From: Epithemia pelagica
Lineage: Eukaryota > Protista > Bacillariophyta
DNA length: 64,000 bases
Assembly (NCBI GenBank): GCA_946965045.2
Contig: OX337240.1
Span: 1,612,001 to 1,676,000, forward strand
Reading direction: 5' to 3'
In this document: piece after piece, positions 1-11,246 of the stretch
How positions within the stretch are numbered: position 1 is the first letter of the stretch
How the letters are laid out: the number at the start of each line of letters is the position of its first letter
The notes under the pieces: generated by a model
What the model was told of the DNA's origin: nothing
The model's input: the letters and a program-made list of their open reading frames with translations, nothing else
Database searches by the model: none
Position numbers and translations under genes: made by a program

Positions 1-67
1 GCAGCAGATTGTTTTCAGAATCACGACAACCAGAAGGAATTCAAAACAAACAAGGACACCATCGACC

Positions 68-1213
68 ATGGCAACCACAACAACGACAAGTTCTACCAGT
101 CTCTGCTGGCCGTTGGAAAAACCACCCGTCAATGCATTCTATCGAACCGCATTGGTCCTCAACAACCAGGCCGTGACATGGATGCAACATGGACAGTTTG
201 GACCCGCCATGCGTACCATGTGTGAGTGCTTGTCCAACATGCAACGAGCCTTTGTCACGACATCGTCCACCACCCACAAGAAGCAAAAGAAGACGACACG
301 AAGGACTGCTCTGCATCCACAGGAACAGTATCCGCAATCGAAGCACAAGAGCAAGAACCACCAGAACAAGAACCACAAGAACAAGACTACTGTTGTTGAA
401 GGTCTACCTGAAGCACATCCCTCCTCCTCCTCTCATACTCATGTTGCGGGAAGGACAAAGTCCAAGGACCATCCAGACAAGACAAACAAGAATTCCCACG
501 AGACGATTGCACCTGCAGCATCAGTCATTATGGATATTGAACCAATCGAGGACACGGACATTGGTCGACTCTTGGCCATGGCTCGGTATGGTCCTACTAC
601 GTCCATGGCCTCACCCATTCGTATTGCGGGAGCTGCGAGTTGTGACGAAACGGATGAGATCCAAAAGCACTTTGGTATCATGCTGTACAACCATGGTTTG
701 GCTACCTTTCTCGTGTCGACGACCATACGACCCAAACAAAGAAGAGCAAGAACGCATCGTGACGGCACAACGAGTACTACTAGTAGCACATACCAACGTT
801 ATGCGGACCGTCACAAGAAATACATGGCACGATCCCAAAAATCTTTGGAAATGGCCGAGAAAACACTTGTACTCTTGTTGGCAGCCAGCAATGCCTCCCA
901 TTCGAAACCATGGACCGACTCTGTCGTCCTGGATCAGCAGCAGCAGCAGCAGGAGAACCGAGGATCCATAGAGGACATGCCGAGCCCCGGAGTACCCGAC
1001 CTTTCCGTCTTCCTCCTCTTGGCCTTGAGTCTGAATAGTCGCTGCGTTCTCTGGTGTCAAGCAGCGCACGACAAACCGCACTACTGGCAAACAAAGGTAC
1101 CGCTGGTACAACAAGCCGTGACATGCTTGTGTGGTCGTGTCATGGCCGAACAAGCACACTGGTCCCGTTGCATGGGCGCTCGAAAGGAAGGAGTCGTGGC
1201 TCAAGCCGCGTAA
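68..1213 (+). CDS. Hypothetical protein of a diatom-expanded helical family
   Basis: 381-aa ATG ORF. Blocks LVLNNQAVTWMQHG and GIMLYNHGLA resemble recurrent motifs of a common diatom unknown-function family. Host-like poly-T/poly-Q tracts. Confidence 0.6.
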   Translation: MATTTTTSSTSLCWPLEKPPVNAFYRTALVLNNQAVTWMQHGQFGPAMRTMCECLSNMQRAFVTTSSTTHKKQKKTTRRTALHPQEQYPQSKHKSKNHQNKNHKNKTTVVEGLPEAHPSSSSHTHVAGRTKSKDHPDKTNKNSHETIAPAASVIMDIEPIEDTDIGRLLAMARYGPTTSMASPIRIAGAASCDETDEIQKHFGIMLYNHGLATFLVSTTIRPKQRRARTHRDGTTSTTSSTYQRYADRHKKYMARSQKSLEMAEKTLVLLLAASNASHSKPWTDSVVLDQQQQQQENRGSIEDMPSPGVPDLSVFLLLALSLNSRCVLWCQAAHDKPHYWQTKVPLVQQAVTCLCGRVMAEQAHWSRCMGARKEGVVAQAA

Positions 1214-2413
1214 CCAAAGGCAAGCCAAAGAATCCTCTGCTGTCGCGGCAACGACGACTGTGGACCATCTTTCACCAGATGCGGTGCCCCGAATGAGCTT
1301 GAAGCTATTCTGGAGAGACTGACAGCATAGAAAGTCTTAGATTTCTAGAGAATGAGTGACACATGTAAGAGCTAAAACCCATTCCTTTCCACACTACCTT
1401 GAAGGTATTTCAAAAATCCTCCATGAGAGCGTCACCAACCGAAACGAAGAAGCAAGCATACAATTCCTTAGCGCAAAAGAATACCACTCCCCAATGACTG
1501 GGCGTTTCTCATGGTCCGAGTCACTATTGACGGTTTCTTGTGCTGGTCCCGAGGACGGGATTCCGTATAAGTGTCTGTGGACGATGCAACCACTCCACTA
1601 CTTTGGATGCTGGAGGACCCAACCGTTTTCCTCCAATCTGGACGTTCCATTCCCTACCATGAATGCTCTACGAGTCGTACAATAGCTTCACCACAAACAG
1701 CTCGTTTCTCTTTGTACACACCTGTTATTACCAATATATGTCTCATTGCCGAGAGGGGATGATGGAGACTGGACACTCTAGACTATGGAACTGTTGTGGT
1801 AAGGTAGGAGTAGCAAGAAGAGAATCGTCGGAAGGCACGCGCGAACGGCCTTTCCAAGAAAGGCCTCTCCGCGTCTCGGGTTTTCCAGACACGTTCCTCG
1901 GACAGACAATCGAATGCAATCGAAATAAATCGAACAACCCTGGGTGAATGGCACCGCACACGATCTTTGCGTTTGTCTCCACCGCATCTTCTCGTCGGTC
2001 GTCCTGAAAGTGAAGGCCTCTTTTTGGTTCATGGGCCAAACGTATTACATTCCTATCATTGTTGTTGCTCACGATTGCTGCTCATGAATCTTCCATCCTT
2101 CTACTACTAGCGACACGCACACGGCCAAACGAACACACAAGAGAAGAGCCACTCTCGAGGAAAGAGCAGCTACAAAAAGAGGCCCAACGTCCACCATTGA
2201 GAGCGAGAAAGGTCATTCGTAGAGATTCTTCCATCTCATATTTGAATCATCCACGCACAACGTATCGAAAGGCCTCCCACAGAACGGCACACGAAGAAAG
2301 GCCAAAGAAGACGAGACTAGAACCATTCCATTCTTGGAGCCATCTTGTCACACAAAAAGGAAAACAAAAACTGTCACACATTCGCCCAGTCTCATCATTC
2401 CAATCATTGCATC

Positions 2414-3763
2414 ATGACCAACTCGTTCTTTTCGTGGTCCAAGGGGAACAGCCCCAATGACAATGAGACGCCTCCCATACCATCATCCTCTCTTTCCACA
2501 CCACTCTTGTCTCCTCCGACTGCTGTGGAACAAACTCCTCTCTTACAACAACAACAACAAGTACCCTTGTCCATGGAGCATGGTCCTCCCTCATATGATT
2601 CCACGCCATCCGAAGAGAATTGCTCGTGTTGCTCGCAAGAGCACCGTCACACTACTACCACTACTGTAGAGTCATTATCATCGCCCTCCGAGTCCACACG
2701 GCTCCTGGCCAAAACCTTTGTGGATCGGAATACGCTTGCGCCTGTCGTCCCAAACAACCACCCTCTAGAGTCCAGCCCAACGACAACGACGACGAGTCGA
2801 ATGATTTGGCACATGTATGGGTATCAAAAGGCACAACAACACGTGTCCCAATTGGTTTGGTACATGGGTGTGGTCTTGTCCTATTGGGGCATTGTGGCCA
2901 CCTTGTTGATTGCCAATCATGCCTCTCAAGACTTTATTGAATCGAATTATTTTTTAACCTTTCACATGGTGGAATTTTGGGGGGCCTTTGGCTTTGCCCT
3001 CGCCGAAGCCATTTTGCTCTATCACAATACACAATTGCTTTCCTATTCCTCCTTGTTGAAGGGGTTGACCAACGACTCGGTTCTACCGACACAACAACAA
3101 GAAGAAGGAGCAGCACGAGGGAATTCACTCCCACGGTCCGAACGACTCGAAAATGGCCTGGCACAATCCGACGCCAAATGGGCAGCCTTGACACCCATGG
3201 ACCACCACAATTCCAAAAAGAAGACATTGTGGCTCTCGTCTCTGGTTTCCATGGACACGTTGACCTTGACATTGGTCAGCATCAATGTCGTGACGGCCGC
3301 CATTGCTGCTACACTCTTCACCATGGATCCGGAACTTTACGAAGTACCCTCCCATTACATTGAATATGCTTCGCAAATTACCGTGACCTTGGTCGATTAC
3401 CTCTTTATTTTGGGAGGTGGTCGTACTCAAGGACCCACGTCATCCTGGTGGCAACACGGACAAGTCCTCTTGGCCACCTTGTTGTTGCTCATGGCCATTG
3501 TGAAACTGTTTCTCTATTCGGGCCTTATCCCCACACCGAGTGCGGAGCATTCGTCTCATTATGTCGAATTCATTGGGGAACTGGTCAATAGTACCTGGGC
3601 CTTTTGGTTTGCCTTGCAACTCTATCATCGACAACAAGATCAGGTCCATGCCCATGAAGAGCACTTGTGGAACTTGCAACTGCCAGCCAGACCACAAGAA
3701 CCACCACAACCACAAGGGGTGGCAGGAGTGGGAAACCCCGTTGGACCGCACACGATAGTGTAG
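2414..3763 (+). CDS. Multi-pass membrane protein with three H-x-x-E-[FY] helices
   Basis: ORF 2345-3763, likely ATG 2414. Several hydrophobic segments; repeated FHMVEFW, SHYIEYA, SHYVEFI. Confidence 0.7.
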   Translation: MTNSFFSWSKGNSPNDNETPPIPSSSLSTPLLSPPTAVEQTPLLQQQQQVPLSMEHGPPSYDSTPSEENCSCCSQEHRHTTTTTVESLSSPSESTRLLAKTFVDRNTLAPVVPNNHPLESSPTTTTTSRMIWHMYGYQKAQQHVSQLVWYMGVVLSYWGIVATLLIANHASQDFIESNYFLTFHMVEFWGAFGFALAEAILLYHNTQLLSYSSLLKGLTNDSVLPTQQQEEGAARGNSLPRSERLENGLAQSDAKWAALTPMDHHNSKKKTLWLSSLVSMDTLTLTLVSINVVTAAIAATLFTMDPELYEVPSHYIEYASQITVTLVDYLFILGGGRTQGPTSSWWQHGQVLLATLLLLMAIVKLFLYSGLIPTPSAEHSSHYVEFIGELVNSTWAFWFALQLYHRQQDQVHAHEEHLWNLQLPARPQEPPQPQGVAGVGNPVGPHTIV

Positions 3764-4279
3764 GAGTGGTTGAGACTGTGACGAGGGGTACAGGTATGGT
3801 ACACGTACGACAAACACCAACTCCACAACCAAAAAAGCCTTGCCAAGGACACTTTTGTCATCACCATGGTACTTGGCACACGCACACATGTGTGTGTGTA
3901 CAATATGTCTTTCAATGAGGTGACTCTTGCGACGAATTGTTTCACGCTGTTGGTTCGTTCGAGCATTGTAGCACCATCACACGCTGATGGTGTAAGTCCT
4001 CTCCCTTTGGTTGTAGTCCACAGACAGTAGTAGATAGAACCAAGACACTTGTGGTACACACAGTGATGAAAAACAAGAGACATGAAGGGCTCTTGATTAC
4101 TGGACACCCCCGAACCAATCTCTAGGAAAGACTATGTAGTATGTAGAGCCTTTCAAAACAACAGACATAGTAAACATGTAGGTTTATTCATCAAAATGCA
4201 AATGTATCCAAAATCTAAATGGTGTTGAACTCGACTAGTGAGAAGGGGGTGGGTATTTGTTTTCCTTGTTTTGCAAATG

Positions 4280-5980
4280 TCAGCACTGAGCCACATCCAT
4301 CGCGGCCTCTTCGTCAACACAGGAATCGTGACTCGAAGAGGACGCAGCAGAAGATTCCTCTTCCTGGATTACTGTGGAATCGGTCGTCGAATACCGTACA
4401 TCCGTTTCAAGCGTTGAAAGGGAGGTTGGCTTCTTTTCCAAGGCCGTAGGACCATTGTCGCGTCGTTCGGCCACAGTACCAATGTAAACGGTATCCTCTT
4501 GAAATCGGGCCAGTTTCTGGTGAATCCAGGCAAAGAACCACGACGAGTAACAGATACCCGTCCACTCGACCAGCAAACAAAACCGAATAATCATGGTCGA
4601 CAAGGGATTGGCCAGAAATACCATGGGGAAGGAACTGGCCAAGACACGCCAGCTCAAGGATGCAACAATGGTGGACAAGAGTGCCCCCAATACTCCTGTA
4701 TCAAAAAAGGCTTGCAATCCATCGCCGACACCAAACAAATTCTCATCCGTCTCGTCCTTGAGTTCTACGGTAAGGATTCGTGCAATGACAAACATGACAA
4801 CGGTTTGAAAGATTTGTCGTCCCACCAAAAAAGCTTGAAGATTGGCACTCGATTCCTTGAAAATCAAGTCACAATTGTACTTGGCGGACGCGTGTCGTTC
4901 AATCTCTTGAACGGGAAGATGTGCCACGGCGAAAAAGGCAATCTGCAAGCCTTCCATAATACCAGTGATACCAATAAGAGTAAAGAGCACAATCACGGAT
5001 ACCACCGGCGGAACGCCCTCCCACATGGTTGTGCTGTTTTGAAACAATGCCGTAAAAGAAACCACGAACGACGCGATCAAAATGGCCACGCTTAGTACGA
5101 CACGGGCCCAAAAGCCAATCTCTTGTAAGAGCGTCTTGGGATTCTCTTGAGATTCAATCGGCTTGCCCGAGATGCGAGCAAAGAATATTTGTACCAGATA
5201 GACTGAATGAAGAATTCCCGAAGCTTCTACGGCCAGTGCCGCATATGTAATCGCAAGCATGATGTAGTTGTTCATGTAGTCTAACATACAATGAGCCGCA
5301 TTGATTTGGGCAATCAATTGTCCAAAGATGATGGTGACAAGAATGACACCGACTCCCGCATCAAGAAAGATATCATTGACAATGGCCGGTAGCCCAAGTA
5401 CAGAAGCATCGTCAATCGTAGATACCATAAAACTTGTAAGAAAGACGCACATGAGATCCAGATACTGGCGTCCCACAATAAATCGCTCAAGATTATCTCC
5501 TCTGTGAGCCAGGGAAGTGATCTTGTATGTGCGGGGGTGAGTCTTGAGGTACAGGGACTTGTTAATGGGCTTCAGACCCACCATGCAGTTCAATCCACCT
5601 TCCATCATGGCCAGCCACAGAATCAGACCCCAGAAAACAATATAGGCCAAAACGGGATGGACGTTTTTCTCTCCGGTTGCCGTCGTTTGTTTGGTGAAAA
5701 TAGCAGCCGACACAACGACAACGCTAAAGAGCGTCAGTGCCAGAGACAAGATGTGTTTTAGGGCGGTCACTGGGTGAGCTTTCCAACATTGCGTCGTCTC
5801 TTGCTTCGAAGAATGAGGAGTTGTGGCCTCTTCTTCGTCACTGCCGTCGTCGCCGACAGTATGGGGACTAGGAATGCCAAACTCCTTCTCGCGAAGACCA
5901 TCTAAGTGATAGGGACCCTCGTCGGCAGCGGGATATGTGAAATGAGGACCTCGCGTGACTTCAATACCTTGATCAACCAT
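4280..5980 (-). CDS. SIT: Silicon transporter (SIT family)
   Basis: About 10 TM segments in two halves. Motifs MEGGLN, FIVGRQ, MEGLQ and FLVGRQ match the SIT EGXQ/GRQ pattern. First ATG at 5980. Confidence 0.92.
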   Translation of the reverse strand: MVDQGIEVTRGPHFTYPAADEGPYHLDGLREKEFGIPSPHTVGDDGSDEEEATTPHSSKQETTQCWKAHPVTALKHILSLALTLFSVVVVSAAIFTKQTTATGEKNVHPVLAYIVFWGLILWLAMMEGGLNCMVGLKPINKSLYLKTHPRTYKITSLAHRGDNLERFIVGRQYLDLMCVFLTSFMVSTIDDASVLGLPAIVNDIFLDAGVGVILVTIIFGQLIAQINAAHCMLDYMNNYIMLAITYAALAVEASGILHSVYLVQIFFARISGKPIESQENPKTLLQEIGFWARVVLSVAILIASFVVSFTALFQNSTTMWEGVPPVVSVIVLFTLIGITGIMEGLQIAFFAVAHLPVQEIERHASAKYNCDLIFKESSANLQAFLVGRQIFQTVVMFVIARILTVELKDETDENLFGVGDGLQAFFDTGVLGALLSTIVASLSWRVLASSFPMVFLANPLSTMIIRFCLLVEWTGICYSSWFFAWIHQKLARFQEDTVYIGTVAERRDNGPTALEKKPTSLSTLETDVRYSTTDSTVIQEEESSAASSSSHDSCVDEEAAMDVAQC

Positions 5981-8175
5981 GATGATACCTTTTCCTATAG
6001 GGTGATTTTGAGAAATCTTCTTGCACAAGATCTCGTGTTCCTACAATGACGCTGAACCTAGATCTGAAGGGAATTGCGCAAGACAAAGGGGAAATCACAT
6101 TGGCATAGCCTCTCCGTCACGATCGTGTTTTTCTTTTTCGTCCGTTCCAAAGAAGAATTTCAGCGTAACCAGATGATGATCCACATTAACGCAAACGTTT
6201 GGACGCTTGGAGGCACGTTCAGAATTCAGAACTCGTTATTTGTTTCATTGATGGGAATGCCGAACGGAGATGAATATTTTGAAAAAATGGGGAGCACACG
6301 CTTTTCCCCCGTCTTTGGAGTACGTATAGTCCCTTTTAGCTTCCAAGACGTGTTCCATCCCTCGGTATCAGTGTCCACTGCTTAGCTGTTTTTTGTCTGT
6401 GCCATCATTTTAGGTTCCCAGGTGGACGCAGACATCATTTTTTGCTTTTGAGACAAATAGAAATGATCAAATGGCAAATTGGCACGCATACCCAGCTGGA
6501 GTTTTCAAAGTTTGAAACAGACGCATGCCCAGCAAGCGGCCGTGCGTGGATAAGTGCTGGTTGCTCCATAATTCATAATGACAAGCACACAATTCTTTTC
6601 TCTTGTTGCCGAAGCACATCGTACGAATGGCATTCCAGGTGAGTGTGATCCGTTGCCAATTGCCATGACAATTACATAGCTCATGCTCGACACTTGTCAC
6701 TTTTGTTTGCTCTGCTCATGGGAAGAGAGGCGATCATCTGTTGTGTCTCTGGGTAGCTCATTACGTGCCATTCTACATGTCGAAATGACGGATTTTTGAT
6801 AACTTTCATTCGATTCATAAACAGACTGCAGACATTGTTTTCTTTATATACTAGGAGTAGAAATAGAACTCGAGTGCTATTCATTCGTAGAGTTCAGTGC
6901 ATTCTGAATTCGTTGCAGATCTCTTTTCTGTTTTGAGCATGGCAATGACTCTCAGTTTCACCATGAACACAAGCAGCTCTCACACGCTACAGCTACAACT
7001 TTTGACTCTATGAACTGATAGACATGGAAAGTAGGGTGTGGCAAGAGCAAGAGGGCTTCCCATCTATTTGAAGCAAAAACAACAAAGTGTTCGGTCATTG
7101 AGAAATGAGATGATGCTACGACCTATGACGATAGTGAATCATCTATCCTACAGAAGACATGAAAGCAACCAACCAACAATCAAACAACAAAACAATTACT
7201 CCTACATCAACAAATGAGACGGGTAAGATACTCCAGTTGACATCAAGCGGCTTGTTCCTAGTCTACTCGTTCAACAAGAGACAAGCCTGTACACAAGCCA
7301 AAGGATCATGCATGAACAAGAGGAAAGATTGCAGCAGTGATGAGTGAGAAGAAAGAAAAAGAAACAAGAAGATTAGAAATAAGCCACAGTAGTGAGAAGT
7401 GAGAAGCAGTTCAGGTTCAGCCCAGCATGTTGCATCCATTGTTCTCACCTCACGTCATGGTCAAGCATTTGGCTCGGTTTTTGGTGTTTTGTGACAGACG
7501 AGGACGGGAGGGTTGCCCAAAAAATTTGAATCGTGGTGACCAGAGGACAACCACCAACCGTCCACTGTCACATGCACGCTGGCCTTGCTCCAACCCTGAG
7601 GAATTTTATTGGGTAGACAGACAGACGAAAAACATAAAATGCTGGCTGTGTCCACCTGGGAACCTGTGAAGGTGGCACAGACAAAAAACAGCTAAGCAGT
7701 GGACACTGATACCGAGGGAAATTTTTCACAGTATATTGGCCCTACAAGGATCAACATCCTTTCCTTATAAACACTCACGTGTACGGAGCATATGTGACAG
7801 CCGTTGTTACGAGTATTATAGCTTATAGCCTAAGTGGAGACCCCAGATAATAGCGCCGGACAGCACGTCCCAGTCCAATCAACGGACGTTCACTATGTAC
7901 GAGTAAGTACACTTCCACTGTGTGGTCCCCAAGAATGAGAAGCTTCACTCCCACTTTTTCCGTTACCACAATTTCCCTACCTCAACGCATTCTTCTGAAT
8001 TCTATCCACGAGGGTATCTTTGAAATACGTTCCATGATATCATCATTGAGTGTTGCTTCTCGCATAGTTCCTAAATTCCTGCGTCCAACGCATACTATGG
8101 GGTGATGTATTTGGAGAAATAATTGTGACACTGCACAGATGTTGGGTTTTGGATGTCGCTTCCGAGAGATGGTAC

Positions 8176-9186
8176 ATGATGAAGTGTTTTGTTGACAAGA
8201 CGTGGTGTATCTGGCACAGACTACGTCAAAGGAGCTGCGTCTCCAGTTTATCTACGCTCCGACATTCTAGACCATTCGTGCTTCAACTGACCAAGTGTGC
8301 CCGGAGGTACACGAACAGCAGTCATAGCACATTATCGCTCGAAGGAAAAGTTGCCGTTGTAACTGGAAGTACACAAGGATTGGGCAAGGCCATTGCGTAC
8401 TTATTCAAGGAACGAGGCGTCTCTGGATTGGTCCTCAGTGGTCGGAATGAAGACCGTGGCCATGCAGTCATGGCCGATTTGAATTCCACCTTATCAACCA
8501 CGAGTGAAAATGGTTTTGAGACGGTCTTTGTACAAGGTGATTTGGCCGAGGTGGACGTGTGTCGACGAATTGTAGCCACGGCCAAGGAGCGATTGGGGCG
8601 CGTCGACATTTTGGTGAATGCGGCTGCTGTCACATACCGAGGAACGATTTTGGATACTACCCCCGAATTTTGGGATTGGATGATGAATGTCAATCTGCGA
8701 GCACCGTTTTTGTTAATTCAAGAAAGCATCAAGCTAATGAAAGAACGACAAGAAGAGCATCACGCTCAAGATTCCGGAGCATCGTTGGGAACCATTGTGA
8801 ACATTGGAAGTGTGGCGGCTTATGGCTGCGTCCCCAACTTGATGCCGTATGCGACATCCAAAGGTGGTCTCATGACCATGACCAAAAATGTTGCCTACTC
8901 TGCAATGCCAGATCGTATTCGTATCAATACACTCAACATTGGATGGATGGACACACCGGGAGAAGATGCAATTCAGAAACGGTGTGAAAACGCTTCGGAA
9001 GACTGGTTGGAAGAGGCAGAGGCAATGCAACCCTTTGGGCGTCTCTTGAAACCATTGGAGGTAGCCAAGGCGGTCGCCTTCTTGGCTTCAGAAGAGTCTG
9101 GAATGATGACTGGTGCTATTGTCGATTTTGGACAATTTGTGCACGGGGGAGGACCAATGCCTACACCATCACCTCATCACAAGTGA
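8176..9186 (+). CDS. Short-chain dehydrogenase/reductase (classical SDR)
   Basis: [11 protein letters not shown](P)-binding motif, [12 protein letters not shown], catalytic YATSK. First ATG at 8176; start uncertain. Confidence 0.9.
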   Translation: MMKCFVDKTWCIWHRLRQRSCVSSLSTLRHSRPFVLQLTKCARRYTNSSHSTLSLEGKVAVVTGSTQGLGKAIAYLFKERGVSGLVLSGRNEDRGHAVMADLNSTLSTTSENGFETVFVQGDLAEVDVCRRIVATAKERLGRVDILVNAAAVTYRGTILDTTPEFWDWMMNVNLRAPFLLIQESIKLMKERQEEHHAQDSGASLGTIVNIGSVAAYGCVPNLMPYATSKGGLMTMTKNVAYSAMPDRIRINTLNIGWMDTPGEDAIQKRCENASEDWLEEAEAMQPFGRLLKPLEVAKAVAFLASEESGMMTGAIVDFGQFVHGGGPMPTPSPHHK

Positions 9187-9504
9187 GAATGAACGGATAG
9201 ACGAAAACGACGCTCATGTCGACAAGCACGTCTCCCGTCAACACAAAAGTGAACAATCAACTTGTTCACCTTGCAATACTATCAGGAGGAAAAGGGCGCA
9301 GAGGACCTGCGAGTGTGCCACTTTAAGCGGTTCTCCGTGTGAAAACGTCGTAATGGACAGGGCTTGACTTGACCTTAGATTCATTAAAGCTGATGTAGAA
9401 TCATCTATCTGAATTTCCATCTCTTGAAAGATCCTTGATGCATTTTCATACTTCCATTCCAAAGCAATACAATGACAAATGAAACCTGAAGACCAAGTTG
9501 CTCT

Positions 9505-9711
9505 TTAGGATTCATCCCATAACTTCTGAGTGTATCCCAACACTGCGGCGGCCTGTTGTTGTTCCGCGGTCAACTCGTTCCAGTCGTATTTGTCTACTAC
9601 CACCTTTTCGTCATTGTCCCACTTCTTCTCGTTGTAGCCAAGGACAGTAGCAGCATTCTTCACATCGTCTGGGAGCTCTTCCCAATCGAAATCATCGTAT
9701 TTGCCACCCAT
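9505..9711 (-). CDS. 68-aa protein of two W-x-E-L...AA-x-VLGY...WD repeats
   Basis: DWEELPDDVKNAATVLGYNEKKWD and DWNELTAEQQQAAAVLGYTQKLWD align; clean ATG and stop. Confidence 0.8.
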   Translation of the reverse strand: MGGKYDDFDWEELPDDVKNAATVLGYNEKKWDNDEKVVVDKYDWNELTAEQQQAAAVLGYTQKLWDES

Positions 9712-10211
9712 TTTGGAACGATTGTGAGATTCGTTATTTGTTTGTCAACAAGAGAGCTGTTGTCGACAAAAGCGAGGACAAATCAACGGTTTGATTCCTT
9801 GTGGCAATGATCACAATTGCCGAGAAAGGCGTACTACCCATCTTGAATTTCCGTTTTGTCTACAGAACGTTAGGGAGGACAAGCACGTGCCTTTGATTGT
9901 ATTTTCATTTAAGTATGTTTCACACCCTACCAAGACCAATCTTAAGTAATCGAAGATACACGTGCAAGGCAAGTCAATTCCCAACGCATGGAAGCTACTA
10001 TCCACGATAGAAAATCCAAGTCGACTTGATGGCTGGAGTTGTAGCTGTTCATTGTCATTTGCCGAGATCTCCCTCTAATCAGTTACCGAAAAGCGACTGG
10101 AGTTGCTTCCGATGGCCTCGGATGTACATTACAGTCGACGTGCATACTTGGAACTGCAACTGGGAACTGGGAACACCTTGGAGCTTCGAGTCCACACTAG
10201 AAGAAGGCACC

Positions 10212-11246
10212 ATGAGTGGAGAAACAAAGAAAGCGGAAAAGCAAGCAGACAACTCTGAGGCGCTTTCGCCGGTCTTGAAATCGGCTCCTCCACCTTGGCA
10301 TGCGCAACTTATTGTTTTGGCTTTGTTTGGGACCTTTGCGTGGTACTCTCCACAAGCCCTTGAATCCATGGATGAAATCGCCACGGTCGAAACCTTTTCA
10401 CGGACTCTTTTTCCATCGATTCTATCTAGCAATCAGGTGATTCTATTGCGATTGATCTTTGCAGTCGTTCTGCTGACGGTCAACTTTTACGATTTTTTCT
10501 TGACTGAGGGATTCGATTTCCCTGTTACATACTATGAAGGATCCAAATTGCGAGGAACGACTCTTACGTTTCATGGGTTATTCTCGACATGTGGCAACTT
10601 GCGCGAAGCGCTTTTGGCGAATGCTTCTTTTTCCAATTGGTCTGTCGGATTGTTGGGTATCTCCTTTTTGCTGAGTGGGCTCATCCCCTTTTTTGCGCTG
10701 CATTGGGGGTGGGATGTTCCGTTGTCCATCCTCCGACTTGCTGTCGTTTGCTGGATCATGGCCGCCCCCTCTGCCGTCCTCGTGTCGGTCGTGGTCAAGT
10801 ACGTATTATGGCCTCATGCCATGGAACAGGATGGAGAAGGATCAGCAATCTTCCAGGGCAAATTGGTGTTGCTCTGTCACAATTTCAATTCAATTTCGGC
10901 CTTGGTAGACATCGGACTCTTGGGTGGTTTACCCTGTCGGCTGCAAGATTTTGCTATTGCGCCCTTGTTTGGGTTGATCTACGTCGTATTCAATTGGTGC
11001 ATGGCCAACTATTGGACCAATGACCTGGAGAAATACGGTCCCCAATTCATTTACCCCTTTATGGACACGACACTGGGTGTCAGTTGTACCATTGCCATTG
11101 TGGTCTTATTTCTTGTTTTTGTCGCCAGCTTTCTACTCTTTTGCTTTGCCGAATACTTCTTAATGGAATGCATTGGAGGCGGAATTGTGAGCCATGCAAT
11201 TGCCGTGGTGATTCTGTGCGCCGGTGTGTGTCGATTTCGAGACTAG
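10212..11246 (+). CDS. Multi-pass membrane protein, Rolling-stone/FAR-17a-AIG1-like
   Basis: Several TM helices, LCHNFN (HxxN) and IYPFMD motifs. Likely ATG 10212 in ORF 10026-11246. Confidence 0.6.
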   Translation: MSGETKKAEKQADNSEALSPVLKSAPPPWHAQLIVLALFGTFAWYSPQALESMDEIATVETFSRTLFPSILSSNQVILLRLIFAVVLLTVNFYDFFLTEGFDFPVTYYEGSKLRGTTLTFHGLFSTCGNLREALLANASFSNWSVGLLGISFLLSGLIPFFALHWGWDVPLSILRLAVVCWIMAAPSAVLVSVVVKYVLWPHAMEQDGEGSAIFQGKLVLLCHNFNSISALVDIGLLGGLPCRLQDFAIAPLFGLIYVVFNWCMANYWTNDLEKYGPQFIYPFMDTTLGVSCTIAIVVLFLVFVASFLLFCFAEYFLMECIGGGIVSHAIAVVILCAGVCRFRD

